From positions 5,287-69,286 of the forward strand of contig CAYHLH010000002.1 in assembly GCA_964357525.1 (NCBI GenBank): 64,000 nt of DNA, written 5' to 3'. Source of the DNA: an uncultured Candidatus Saccharibacteria bacterium (GTDB lineage Bacteria > Patescibacteriota > Minisyncoccia > UBA6257 > GWB1-50-10). The position numbers and the translations under genes are program-made. The notes below the pieces were generated by a model. The model ran no database searches, was not told the origin of the DNA, and saw only the letters and a list, made by a program, of their open reading frames with translations. This document shows, in pieces, positions 22,438 to 32,100 of the stretch; position 1 is the stretch's first letter; the number at the start of each line of letters is the position of its first letter.

Positions 22438-24969
22438 ATGACAATAAAAAGAGTTTCTTTTCTTTCCTTTGCGCTTGTCGCGGCTATGGGGATTTTTGTT
22501 TCTTTTGCGACAGCAGCAGAGCCATTAAGGGCCCGCGTTTCCTCAATTACCGCCAATTCGGTGGTCGTTTATCTTGATGGGTGGACGCAGGCGCGGAGCG
22601 GCGAGATCTACACGCTCTACCGGAACAACGGAACGGGCGACACGCGCCTCAATGTCGGTACGGCTATGTTTTATCGCGATACCAATGTCCCGACTGGGAA
22701 GACTTACACCTACCGGCTCACGAAAAATCCTGGGGGAGATATAGGCACCGCGCAGGTGAACGCCAACATACGCCCAGGAACAATAGTGAAAGGCGTTGGA
22801 TGGAGTTCGATGGACGGCGCAGGCATAGGGTGGATAAGCGTCAATAGCACCTCGCAGGATCGGCAGGGAGGCAATCCCCATTCTTCGGTTCCCTATGGCG
22901 TCTATGCGGATGATTCCGGAGTTATGCACGGCGTCATGTGGGCGGGGCATGTGTCTGGAAGTCCCGCGACGGGGTGGGGGTGGCTCTCATTCAACCAGGA
23001 AGATCTGAAAAACTGCCCCGACAGCAATTGCAGGGCGTTCCTGAACCCTGCGACGGGGAAGATTGACGGATGGGCAAAATTCATAAACACAACAGGAGCA
23101 GCGGAGTCTTGGAGCGGATGGGTAAGTTTGCGGAACATGGATCCAAAAAATCCGTACGGACTCTGTTTCGGCGATCCGGACGGACAGCCAATCAAAGTTG
23201 ACGATGCGTTGTATTACAGCGGAAACGCGTGCAAGGCAAACGGAGGGGTGACCCACCCCGTGCTCACAGGTGCCGCATGGGCGGGTTTGAACTCCGATGA
23301 GCCAGGGGGATGGGTTCTATTTGCCTCGTCTTCTCTGGGCATCATCAATCCGACCTCGACCTTGTCGGGCGTTGCCATCAGCCCTCCGCCGCCGCACAAC
23401 GTCGCCATCCGCGACATCAAGGAGTTCTCGGCGAACAGGGCTGTTTCGTGGTTTGTGGACAACACCTACGGTGGGAATTCCCGCTACGGGACGGTGACAC
23501 CGCGCGATTCCGGAGAATACGTGCCGGTGAGCTACCTGGCGCCGATGACCCTGCCGAACCCGAGAAACACCTTCATCAGGGTGTCGACGACGGACAGCGG
23601 CACTCCAGCCGCCGACCAGGATCCCTTGACTGTCGTGCCGCCGTACTCCTTGACGTGCCTTTCCGAGGGCGAAACCTCCATTCGCCTCATAATCACGAAG
23701 AATTATTTCGACCCGAACTATTTCGGGCGCGAGCCGCACCGGATAGACCTCCGCGGCGCGACGGGAACTCCGCCCTCCGTCATCATCGCGTCGTCCACGA
23801 CGGGCGCCATCCCCTCATTCACGCACACGGGGCTGAAGAAAAAGACGAAGTATAACTATGAGCTCGCTACGACCTATAACCGCGACGGGTATGTGGTGAG
23901 GACCTCGCCCATCGTGTCCTGCGAGACGGGCGCGTCGCCAGAGCCCGTGGGGGCCGCCGTGAACCTCAACGCGTACGCGAACACACCGCAGAGCATCTGG
24001 GTGAACTGGAAGGATACTTCCCGCGCGACGACGCCGTACGAGTTCGAAATCCAGCGCATGAGGGTCACTCCCGATCGCGAGAACCTGCGGCTTGAGTTCC
24101 GCCCGACGAGCATGACGAAGGCGGAGATCACGTGGGAGAACAGGACGCTCTGGGTCCCGTACATACAGAAGTTGTGGAGGAGCGACGGCCCGAGCGGGAA
24201 GTTCGACCTTGTGTTGGGCAACGTCCCCGGGTGGCTCCGCGAAGGGCCTCCGACTTCGACCGTACGATACGCGTTCAGCGACGTGGTCGAGCCGGGGCAC
24301 CAGTATCGGTACAAGCTCGAGGTGTGTGCCTCCCTGAACCTCGAGGACGTATACTCAAGTCCCGTTCGCGGCGGGACGGCGAAGCCGCCGCTCGTGTGCG
24401 TTGAGTCCGACACGTTCAACTACCTCCATTCGTGGAGTGGCGGCGAGGGCGCCCGCGCTCCCGGAACGTTTGCCAAAGCGACGGCGTCCCTCCTTGATGT
24501 CTCACACCGCGCGCTCCGGAGCGTCTGGAATGCGGTAGCAGGGCTTTCCGAAAAGGTTTCCTCGGGATTGAGGTTCGCCGCCTCGTCCGTCTCGAAATGG
24601 TTCGGCGGCGGAGAACGGACGGTGCTCGCACAGACCGCAAATTACAATGCGTACTTCAAGACAGCGGTCATCACAAAGAACCCGTCCTACTTCGACAGTG
24701 ACCTCGTCCCCGACACGGTGTATCTTTACCGCGTGTCAATCCTTTCGGACGAACCCGTGTGGAGCAATCTCCGCGCGGCGAAAACACTCCTCGACGACCA
24801 AGGGGGTCCCACGGAGAACCGTCCGGTCTGCACCCGGAACAGCTTCTGCGACGCGAGCGTGCCGGGAGTGAAGACGGGCGACCTTTCCGAATCATCGGAA
24901 CAGCAGTGCTTCGTGAACAAGGACTGCGTGGATGTGGGGAGAAGCGACCAGGGATTCCAGGAAAGATAG
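22438..24969 (+). CDS. Large secreted protein with fibronectin type III-like repeats and a Cys-rich C-terminus
   Basis: Signal peptide. FN3-like segments (ANSVVVYLDGWTQARSGEIYTLYR...GKTYTYRLTKN; YNYELATTY...). C-terminal CTRNSFCDASVPG...CFVNKDCVD. Confidence 0.6.
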   Translation: MTIKRVSFLSFALVAAMGIFVSFATAAEPLRARVSSITANSVVVYLDGWTQARSGEIYTLYRNNGTGDTRLNVGTAMFYRDTNVPTGKTYTYRLTKNPGGDIGTAQVNANIRPGTIVKGVGWSSMDGAGIGWISVNSTSQDRQGGNPHSSVPYGVYADDSGVMHGVMWAGHVSGSPATGWGWLSFNQEDLKNCPDSNCRAFLNPATGKIDGWAKFINTTGAAESWSGWVSLRNMDPKNPYGLCFGDPDGQPIKVDDALYYSGNACKANGGVTHPVLTGAAWAGLNSDEPGGWVLFASSSLGIINPTSTLSGVAISPPPPHNVAIRDIKEFSANRAVSWFVDNTYGGNSRYGTVTPRDSGEYVPVSYLAPMTLPNPRNTFIRVSTTDSGTPAADQDPLTVVPPYSLTCLSEGETSIRLIITKNYFDPNYFGREPHRIDLRGATGTPPSVIIASSTTGAIPSFTHTGLKKKTKYNYELATTYNRDGYVVRTSPIVSCETGASPEPVGAAVNLNAYANTPQSIWVNWKDTSRATTPYEFEIQRMRVTPDRENLRLEFRPTSMTKAEITWENRTLWVPYIQKLWRSDGPSGKFDLVLGNVPGWLREGPPTSTVRYAFSDVVEPGHQYRYKLEVCASLNLEDVYSSPVRGGTAKPPLVCVESDTFNYLHSWSGGEGARAPGTFAKATASLLDVSHRALRSVWNAVAGLSEKVSSGLRFAASSVSKWFGGGERTVLAQTANYNAYFKTAVITKNPSYFDSDLVPDTVYLYRVSILSDEPVWSNLRAAKTLLDDQGGPTENRPVCTRNSFCDASVPGVKTGDLSESSEQQCFVNKDCVDVGRSDQGFQER

Positions 24970-24972
24970 AGA

Positions 24973-25677
24973 TCAGGTTTTGGCTATGGCGAGTCCCGCG
25001 ACATGCGGGACTCCCGCTTTTTTGAGGGCGCGCGCTGCCTCCTCTATCGTCGCGCCGGAAGTGACGACATCGTCCACGAGGAATACGAGCGCGTTCTCCG
25101 GAAGCCCGCGGTTTTCCGCCGAGAAGCATCCCTCGACGTTCAGGGCGCGCTCTTTCCGCGTTCCGCATGCGGTCTGGCTTTTCGTATCTCGAGTGCGGCG
25201 GAGTGTGTTGGAAAAGACCGCCGCCCGGAACCCGGTTTTCCGGAGCTCGCGCGCGAGCGCCTCTGAAAAGAGCCCGGACTGGTTGAATCCCCGCTCGCGC
25301 TCCCTGCGCGGATAAAGCGGGATGGGAAGGAGCGCTGGCATCGCTCCGCGCGGAATCGTTTGCGAGAGAAGCGGAGAAATGAGCCGCGCGGCGGTCGCCG
25401 CCGCCTTCTCCGTTCCACCGTATTTGAGAGCGTGGATGAGCCGCCTCGCAGGGATGGACTCATAGGAAAATCCCGCAAATACGGAAATGCTTCCCGGGTG
25501 GCACTTTCCCTCCGCGACGCGCTTTCCGCACGACGAGCAGACGAATCCGCCCCGCACGCCGAGCAGCGCGGAGCACTCGGGACACATGAGGGGGACGCCG
25601 ATCGCGAGCGCGCGCCCGCACGAGAGGCAGAGTGGAGGGAAAAGAAGATCTGGAATTTTCCGCAGGAAGGAGAGCAT
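24973..25677 (-). CDS. comFC: ComF family protein (phosphoribosyltransferase-domain competence protein)
   Basis: N-terminal Zn-finger-like CxxC pairs (CLSCGRAL...CPECSAL; CSSCGKRV) and C-terminal PRTase motif (LVDDVVTSGATIEEAARAL). Confidence 0.7.
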   Translation of the reverse strand: MLSFLRKIPDLLFPPLCLSCGRALAIGVPLMCPECSALLGVRGGFVCSSCGKRVAEGKCHPGSISVFAGFSYESIPARRLIHALKYGGTEKAAATAARLISPLLSQTIPRGAMPALLPIPLYPRRERERGFNQSGLFSEALARELRKTGFRAAVFSNTLRRTRDTKSQTACGTRKERALNVEGCFSAENRGLPENALVFLVDDVVTSGATIEEAARALKKAGVPHVAGLAIAKT

Positions 25678-25710
25678 TCGTCTTTATTTTACTCCTCTGT
25701 TAAAATAGGG

Positions 25711-26820
25711 ATGCACACCATGTCTTTCATCAGCGATTTTTTGGGCGACTTGGGGAATTTCCTCCGCGGGGGGACGGTTTTGGGCATCGACATCGGCACG
25801 TCGTCCGTGAAGGTGGTGGAGCTCAAAAAGCTCGGCGACCGGTTCGCCTTGAGGAATTACGGCATCCTCGAGACGAGGGACTATTTGGAGCATCCGAACC
25901 AGGCCATACAGACGAGTTCCCTGAAATTGAGCGAGAGGGACGCAGCCGCGACCTTGAAGCTCCTCCTCCGCGACATGAAGCCGAAGACGAACCTCGCGGT
26001 CGCGACCCTGCCGGTCTTCACGACGTTCACGACCACCCTGGATTTTCCCGACCTTCCGCCCGCGGAAACCGAGAAGGCCATCCATTTCCAGGCGGCGCAG
26101 TACATCCCCATTCCGATCTCGCAGGCCTCTATCGAATGGCGCAAGGTCGCCGAATATACCGACAAGGAAGGAAGGAAGCATCAGCGCATCATCCTCACTG
26201 CGACGCCCAATGACGTCATCAGGAGCTACGAGCAGGTATTCAAGCTCGCGGGTCTCCGCCTCGTCACCCTCGAGCACGAGCCGTTCGCCATCGCCCGGGC
26301 GCTCAAGGGATCGTTGACCGACGCGGCGACCCTGGTCGTCGACATCGGGGCGCAGTCCACGAGCGCCATCGTCCTGAGCCGCGGGGCCGTGGAGTATGTG
26401 GGTCAGACCGACGTGTCGGGGATTTACCTCACGCAGGCGCTCTCGCGTAGCCTGGAGGTCTCGATGTCGCGTTCCGAGGAGCTCAAGCGGCGAAGGGGGC
26501 TACTCGGCACGGGCCCGGAAGCGGAGTTATCAACTATCCTCCTGCCGTTTTTGGATGTTATAATACAAGAGACGAGGCATACGAAGGAGCTTTACGAGGC
26601 GCAGTTCGGCAAGCGCGTCGAAAAGGTGATGTTCCTCGGGGGCGGCGCGAATCTTGCGGGAGTGGAGAAATACGCGAGCGGGCAGTTGAACCTCATGTTG
26701 GGACAGCACTCGTTCATGCAGGGGCTCGTCTACCCGAAGGAACTCGTCCCCGCACTCCGCGACCTCGATAACCGCCTCCTCGTCGCGTTCGGGTGCGCGA
26801 AGCGATATTTCAAACAATGA
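25711..26820 (+). CDS. pilM: Type IV pilus assembly protein PilM (actin-like ATPase)
   Basis: VLGIDIGTSSVKVVELKK N-terminal actin-fold motif. The track N-terminal extension overlapping comF is rejected; start at MHTMSF. Confidence 0.8.
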   Translation: MHTMSFISDFLGDLGNFLRGGTVLGIDIGTSSVKVVELKKLGDRFALRNYGILETRDYLEHPNQAIQTSSLKLSERDAAATLKLLLRDMKPKTNLAVATLPVFTTFTTTLDFPDLPPAETEKAIHFQAAQYIPIPISQASIEWRKVAEYTDKEGRKHQRIILTATPNDVIRSYEQVFKLAGLRLVTLEHEPFAIARALKGSLTDAATLVVDIGAQSTSAIVLSRGAVEYVGQTDVSGIYLTQALSRSLEVSMSRSEELKRRRGLLGTGPEAELSTILLPFLDVIIQETRHTKELYEAQFGKRVEKVMFLGGGANLAGVEKYASGQLNLMLGQHSFMQGLVYPKELVPALRDLDNRLLVAFGCAKRYFKQ

Positions 26821-27368
26821 ATTCAGTGCAAAACGGCAGAACGCAAATAGGGTACGGGAACATTCCCGTCGGTTTCCCGTGGAAGATACTGGTCTTCGCG
26901 GTGGTGGTGTTCCTTTTCACGTTGTTCGTGTTTTTCGGGGTCAAATTCGGCTATTCTAATTTCCTCGACAGCCGCGAGAAGACGCTCGACCAGCGGATCG
27001 ACCAGCTCGCCGCGGTGGTCTCCCAGGAAGACCAGCAGGAATTCATCTCGTTCTATTCCCAGCTCGTGAACCTCAAGGAGGTGTTTTCCCGGCACGCGGG
27101 CGGGAGCGAGGCGCTCTCGATCCTAGAGCGCCACACCATCCCGTCGGTGTATTATGCATCCGCGAAGATCCTCCCAAAGGAGCGGAAGGTCGAGGTGTCC
27201 GGGCGCGCCTCCTCTCTCGATTCGTTCATAGAGCAGATGTATGTGTTCGACAATTCGCCGGATTTCCGCGAACGGGTGACCGTGACGCAAATGGGATTCG
27301 ACCAGGGGCGGGTGGTGTTCAGCGCTCTGCTCTTCCCGCGCGAGGAAGTGTTCGGGGTGATGCAATGA
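26817..27368 (+). CDS. pilN: PilN-like type IV pilus assembly protein
   Basis: Overlaps the pilM stop (ATGA-type overlap). Single TM helix then a coiled-coil, as in PilN. Confidence 0.55.
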   Translation: MNSVQNGRTQIGYGNIPVGFPWKILVFAVVVFLFTLFVFFGVKFGYSNFLDSREKTLDQRIDQLAAVVSQEDQQEFISFYSQLVNLKEVFSRHAGGSEALSILERHTIPSVYYASAKILPKERKVEVSGRASSLDSFIEQMYVFDNSPDFRERVTVTQMGFDQGRVVFSALLFPREEVFGVMQ

Positions 27369-27372
27369 CGAC

Positions 27373-27933
27373 ATGAAAGCTTCGACAAAAAGGGTACTTT
27401 CCATATTCTCCGCGGCGGCGCTGTTTTTCGCCTCGGTCCTGGTTTACTCGAACCTCATAAGGCCCGAGTTCGACCGCGTGGCAGAAAAGCGCGCCGTCGT
27501 CACCGCGAAGGAAGAGGTGTTCTCGACCCAAAAGGAGGCGGTGGACCAGGTGAAAAACGTGATTTCCCAGGCGCAGGGGATGGAATCGGTACGCGAGACC
27601 GTGTCCTTGACGGTCCCCGAGGACCCGGATACGACCGGGATCCTCCGCCAGCTCTCCGCGATCGCGAATGCGAATCAGGTGGCGTTCACCTCGTTTTCCA
27701 TAGAGACGCCCGTCCCTCCGCGCACGAAGGATTTCCTCGTGAAGCAATTGGCGGTCGTACGGATGCAGATGTCCGTGTTCGGCCCCTATGAAGGCCTCAA
27801 GGGATTCCTCCGCGGACTCGAGACGAACGTCCGCGTGGCGTCCATCGAAAATGCGGAGATACGCCCCGTTTCCTCGGGCGGAGGCGAACTTTATTCCCTT
27901 GCCGTCAAAGTCGAATTTTTCTATCAAAAGTAA
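27373..27933 (+). CDS. pilO: PilO-like type IV pilus assembly protein
   Basis: Single N-terminal TM, coiled-coil, then a C-terminal domain. Position after pilN. Confidence 0.55.
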   Translation: MKASTKRVLSIFSAAALFFASVLVYSNLIRPEFDRVAEKRAVVTAKEEVFSTQKEAVDQVKNVISQAQGMESVRETVSLTVPEDPDTTGILRQLSAIANANQVAFTSFSIETPVPPRTKDFLVKQLAVVRMQMSVFGPYEGLKGFLRGLETNVRVASIENAEIRPVSSGGGELYSLAVKVEFFYQK

Positions 27934-28139
27934 GGGCTTGATATAAATTTACGAGATGAAATCGAAGGAAATTTATGAATCAAACCTTACCCGCCCAAAT
28001 TTTTAAAAAACAAAACATTATGACAAAACAATTCAATCAATCAAAAGATAGCCACCACAGTATCCCAACGGTCGTTCAAAAACTTGGGCGGGTGTGCAAT
28101 TTTATGATTGCTCACTGCGTTCGCAAATAAAATCCGCAC

Positions 28140-28430
28140 ATGGCCATTGTTGTTCAGGAGGAAAAGAAGCCGGTGAATTGGATAGGGATGCTGACCGTGG
28201 TGTTTCTCGTCGTCGCGCTCTTCGTGCTTTCCTATTTCCTTTTCTTCAAGCGTCCGGAGGTCATCGAGCAGGTGACCCCCAAGAAGTTCGACGACATCAA
28301 CAAGATCTCGCGGATCTCATTCGATCCGGAGGCGATCGTCTCGTCGGAGTCGTTCCAAGCGCTCAAAAACTACGCACCGTCGTTCGTCCCGCGCGAAACA
28401 CCAGGGAAGCCCAATCCGTTTCGCCCGTAA
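28140..28430 (+). CDS. Small membrane protein (pilus cluster, PilP-like position)
   Basis: 96 aa with one TM helix. Stop at 28430 immediately precedes the type-B element. Confidence 0.4.
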   Translation: MAIVVQEEKKPVNWIGMLTVVFLVVALFVLSYFLFFKRPEVIEQVTPKKFDDINKISRISFDPEAIVSSESFQALKNYAPSFVPRETPGKPNPFRP

Positions 28431-28439
28431 GGTTCTCCC

Positions 28440-28574
28440 ATGCCCGGTAATACAACTTCGATGCGCTCCGTGAAAAATGAATCGAAGTGTAATGCCTTTG
28501 GAAATTAATGACACGAGTAAATATCAAAATTACATTAGTCGCGGTGATAACCAATCGAAGTTGATATACCGGGC
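28440..28574 (+). mobile_element. Type-B inverted-repeat element (ORF-less derivative of the GIY-YIG element), filling the whole intergenic space between the 28140 gene stop and the pilB ATG
   Basis: CATG-CCCGGTAATACAACTTCGATGCG...CGCGGTGATAACCAATCGAAGTTGATATACCGGGC-ATG. Keeps codons MPGNTTS then a stop after 23 codons. Arms carry compensatory changes relative to the 15585 copy (A/T to G/C at two stem positions). Confidence 0.6.
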
Positions 28575-30320
28575 ATGACCGATCAGGACTTGGTGAAGGA
28601 ACTCGTGGGGGCGTCGCTCCTCTCCGACACGGAAGGGGCGAAATTGTTGCATGACGCCGAGACAAGCAAGAAGCCGGTGGAGGATTTCATCTATGACGGC
28701 CATCTCGTCGACGACGTGGCCGTCGCGAAGGCGAAGGCGAAGCTCCTGGGAGTCCCTTTCAGGCGCGCGGACGTTTCAACCATTCCAGATGCGCTATTGA
28801 AGCTCATCCCGCAGGAGACCTCGGAGAACTACAAGGTCATCCCGATGGAACGCAAGGGGAACATGCTCGTGGTGGGGATGCTAAATCCATTGGACGAGCG
28901 CGCCCAGGAGGCGCTCCGCTTCATCGCGAAGCGGGAGCGCGTGAGCCTTGGGGTGTATCTCATCCCCATTTCGGACCTCAGGGAGGCGTGGCGCAAATAC
29001 AAGCCGTACAAATCCGAGCTCGAAGAACTCGTGACGAGCGTGTCAAAGTCCATGAAGGGCGAGAAGTCCGCACTGGTTTCGCTCGACGAGGCGTCAAGGA
29101 CCTCTTCGGAGGACGCGCCCATAATCAAGATGGTCGCAAAAACCCTGCAGAACGCAGTTGAAGGACTCGCCTCGGACATTCACATAGAGCCCGGCAGAAC
29201 CGCTCTTAGAATACGCTTCCGCGTCGACGGCGACCTTAAGGAGGTTGCGTCGCTTCCAACTATGTTGGCTCAGCCCATCGTCTCGCGTGTTAAGGTCCTC
29301 GCAAACCTGCGCCTCGACGAAAACCGAATTCCGCAGGACGGACGGTTCCGGACCATAATTCAGAACCGGGAAATCGATTTCCGCGTCGCGACATTCCCTG
29401 TTCCGACCGGCGAAAAGGTGGTGCTCCGCGTGCTCGATCCGCTTACTGGCCTCAAAGGTCTGGAGAGCCTCGGATTCGAGGACTACAATTTCAAAAAAAT
29501 ACAGGCGGCCGTCGCCGCGCCGTACGGGATGATAATCATTTCCGGCCCCACGGGGAGCGGGAAGACGACGACCCTGTACGCCATCATGAAGAAGATGGAC
29601 GCCGTGACGCAGAACATCGTGACTTTGGAGGATCCGGTGGAATACACCATGGACGGCATCAACCAATCGCAGGTGAAGCCCGAGATTGGTTACACGTTCG
29701 CTTCGGGCCTGCGGCAGATCCTCCGCCAGGACCCCGACGTGGTCATGGTCGGCGAGATCCGCGACGACGAGACGGCCGGCTTGGCGGTGAATGCGGCCTT
29801 GACGGGACACGTCGTCCTTTCCACCTTGCACACCAATAACGCCATCGGCGTAATTCCTCGGCTCGTAGACTTGGGCGTGGCGAAATTTCTCTTGCCATCG
29901 GCGTTGCACACCATGCTAGCCCAGCGCCTGCTTTCACACCTCTGCCCGGAGTGCCGGAAAAAAGATGTAGCTCCGACGGAATTGCAGGCGATAATTGCAG
30001 GCGAGATAAAAAAACTCCCGGCGGAGACTCGGGAAAAGGTTGTCTCCGAATTCGGCAAAAGCGCGTACGAGACGTACCGCACCGAACCGAAGGACACGTG
30101 CAAAGTGTGCAAGGGAAAGGGCATTGTAGGCAGGATTGCCATAACCGAGGTGTTCCAGATGACGCGCGAGCTCGGAACGATTATTGCCGAAGGATTCTCC
30201 GAGGACAAGCTGTATAAGGAAGCAGAGAGGCAGGGAATGATTTCAATGAGGGCTGATGGCATCGTGAAGGCACTGAAAGGCGAAGTGCTCATAGAAGAGG
30301 TGCTCCGCGAGACGGAGTAG
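28575..30320 (+). CDS. pilB: Type IV pilus assembly ATPase PilB (GspE family)
   Basis: N-terminal GSPII_E N domain, Walker A GPTGSGKTTTLYA, Asp box, His box, and a C-terminal tetracysteine motif (CPECRKK...CKVCKGKG). Confidence 0.9.
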   Translation: MTDQDLVKELVGASLLSDTEGAKLLHDAETSKKPVEDFIYDGHLVDDVAVAKAKAKLLGVPFRRADVSTIPDALLKLIPQETSENYKVIPMERKGNMLVVGMLNPLDERAQEALRFIAKRERVSLGVYLIPISDLREAWRKYKPYKSELEELVTSVSKSMKGEKSALVSLDEASRTSSEDAPIIKMVAKTLQNAVEGLASDIHIEPGRTALRIRFRVDGDLKEVASLPTMLAQPIVSRVKVLANLRLDENRIPQDGRFRTIIQNREIDFRVATFPVPTGEKVVLRVLDPLTGLKGLESLGFEDYNFKKIQAAVAAPYGMIIISGPTGSGKTTTLYAIMKKMDAVTQNIVTLEDPVEYTMDGINQSQVKPEIGYTFASGLRQILRQDPDVVMVGEIRDDETAGLAVNAALTGHVVLSTLHTNNAIGVIPRLVDLGVAKFLLPSALHTMLAQRLLSHLCPECRKKDVAPTELQAIIAGEIKKLPAETREKVVSEFGKSAYETYRTEPKDTCKVCKGKGIVGRIAITEVFQMTRELGTIIAEGFSEDKLYKEAERQGMISMRADGIVKALKGEVLIEEVLRETE

Positions 30321-30339
30321 CGGGTGTATAATTCATTCA

Positions 30340-30884
30340 TGAAGAAAACTTTTTTATACGCGGTAGTGGTAATTGTGGTCGCTCTTGGTTCCTATTTCGC
30401 GTACGGGTTTTTGAATACCGCAAAAGGCCCCGTGACAACCGAAGAAAGTTTGCCGCAGGAGGGGCTTCCAGTTTCAAATCTGGAATCGGGAAGCGAGATA
30501 ACGAGGTACGGCGATACCTACATATACACGAACAGTGAATTTGGTTTTAAACTCGCATTTACCAAGGCGTGGGAAGGATTGAATCCGCGCACTCTCGGCG
30601 GATCAGAATTTTCATTGAAAAGCATTTATATGCAGGTTCCCGTGGTTTACTGCAACGAAGCCCCGGATCCGAAAACCGGAACATGCTATGCTTCCCCGAT
30701 GATAGTGTCGGTTTATTCGAAATCCCAGTGGGATGCCGTGTCGCAGGGCGCATTAAAGCCAACATTTATCGCGGAGAACGCTGATTACGTTTTTGCGTAT
30801 GCCACGTGGCAGGACGCGCCTGCCGGGATGGAGCAGCTCGATTTTCAGATTCCTTCGGTCATAGCGTCGTTCAGGTTCAAATAA
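30340..30884 (+). CDS. Hypothetical membrane-anchored protein
   Basis: MKKTFLYAVVVIVVALGSYFAYGF... ATG 6 nt after GTGTATAAT (leaderless-type). Confidence 0.45.
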
Positions 30885-30910
30885 TGGGGTTTCAGTACTA
30901 TAATTAACAT

Positions 30911-31981
30911 ATGAACTATAAAGAGAAACTCGGGGAACTTCTACTTTTGACGGTCAAGCAGAACGCATCGGACATCCACTTTTCGGTCGGCAAGCGCCCG
31001 ACGGTGCGTGTGGACTCAATGCTAGTGCCGGTCGCAAAGGAAGCAATCCTGACGAAGGAGGACACGCAAGGGCTCGTGGACGCCATGCTCACGGACGAGC
31101 AGAAGGAGGCGTTAGCACGCGACAAGCAGGTGGACTTCTCGTACGCGTACGAGGACAAGGCGCGCTTCAGGGTGAACGTATACTACCAAAGGGGGTTCCC
31201 CGCGGCGGCATTGCGGCTCATCCCCGCGCAGATCAAGACCGTGCAGGAATTGGGGCTTCCCCCCATCATCCACGACTTCACAAAGATGAAGCAGGGATTC
31301 GTCCTCCTTGTCGGTCCGGCTGGGCAGGGGAAGTCGACGACCTTGGCGGCGATCCTCGACGAGATCAACCACACCCGGAACGACCACATCATAACCGTCG
31401 AGGATCCCATCGAGTACGTGTTCTCGCAGGACAGAGCCATCGTCTCCCAGCGCGAGGTCGGCATGGACGTCAAATCGTTCCAGGACGGGCTCCGGAGCGT
31501 CCTCCGGCAGGACCCGGACGTCATCATGGTCGGCGAGATGCGCGACCCGGATACCATCTCGACCGCGATGACGGCCGCGGAGACCGGCCACTTGGTGTTC
31601 TCCACGCTCCACACGAACTCCGCGTCCCAGACCATAGATCGCATCATCGATTCGTTCCCCCCGAACCAGCAGGGGCAGGTCGTGTCCCAGCTCGCGTCGA
31701 CCTTGATCGCCACCGTCAGCCAGCGCCTCATCCCGCGCATCGGCGGCGGAAGGGTGCCCGCGACGGAGATAATGCTCGTGAACCCGGCCATCAAGAACCT
31801 CATCCGTGAGCGGAAGATCTATCAGATAGACCTCGTCATCGAGACCTCCATACAGGAAGGGATGCTTTCCCTGAACCGCTCGCTCGTGAACCTCGTGAAG
31901 CGCAAGGAGATCTCCATGGAGCAGGCGCTCGCATTCTCACTGAACCCTTCGGAACTTAGGATATTGGTCAATAGGACATAA
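30911..31981 (+). CDS. pilT: Twitching motility ATPase PilT
   Basis: Walker A GPAGQGKSTTLAA, Asp/His boxes, PilT-length (356 aa). Confidence 0.9.
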   Translation: MNYKEKLGELLLLTVKQNASDIHFSVGKRPTVRVDSMLVPVAKEAILTKEDTQGLVDAMLTDEQKEALARDKQVDFSYAYEDKARFRVNVYYQRGFPAAALRLIPAQIKTVQELGLPPIIHDFTKMKQGFVLLVGPAGQGKSTTLAAILDEINHTRNDHIITVEDPIEYVFSQDRAIVSQREVGMDVKSFQDGLRSVLRQDPDVIMVGEMRDPDTISTAMTAAETGHLVFSTLHTNSASQTIDRIIDSFPPNQQGQVVSQLASTLIATVSQRLIPRIGGGRVPATEIMLVNPAIKNLIRERKIYQIDLVIETSIQEGMLSLNRSLVNLVKRKEISMEQALAFSLNPSELRILVNRT

Positions 31982-32080
31982 AAATAATGCAAAATTCAAA
32001 TTTCAAAAATCAAAATTGAAATTCAAAATGGTTAATTTTGAACTTTACATTTCACCTTTGCAGTTTGCATTTTGAACTTT

Positions 32081-32100
32081 GAAATGAAATGAAATGAAAT
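32081..32100. repeat. Pentanucleotide tandem repeat (GAAAT)x4 overlapping the pilC start codon
   Basis: GAAATGAAATGAAATGAAAT. Three ATGs in three different frames; the last (32094) is the pilC start. The region 31985-32080 is low-complexity A/T-rich with CAAAAT/TGAAAT repeats. Confidence 0.6.

Noticed and set aside
25360-25710. N-terminal extension of pilM back to 25360
   Set aside because: It overlaps comF on the opposite strand and is Arg-rich low complexity. The PilM actin-fold N-terminus begins at about 25711.
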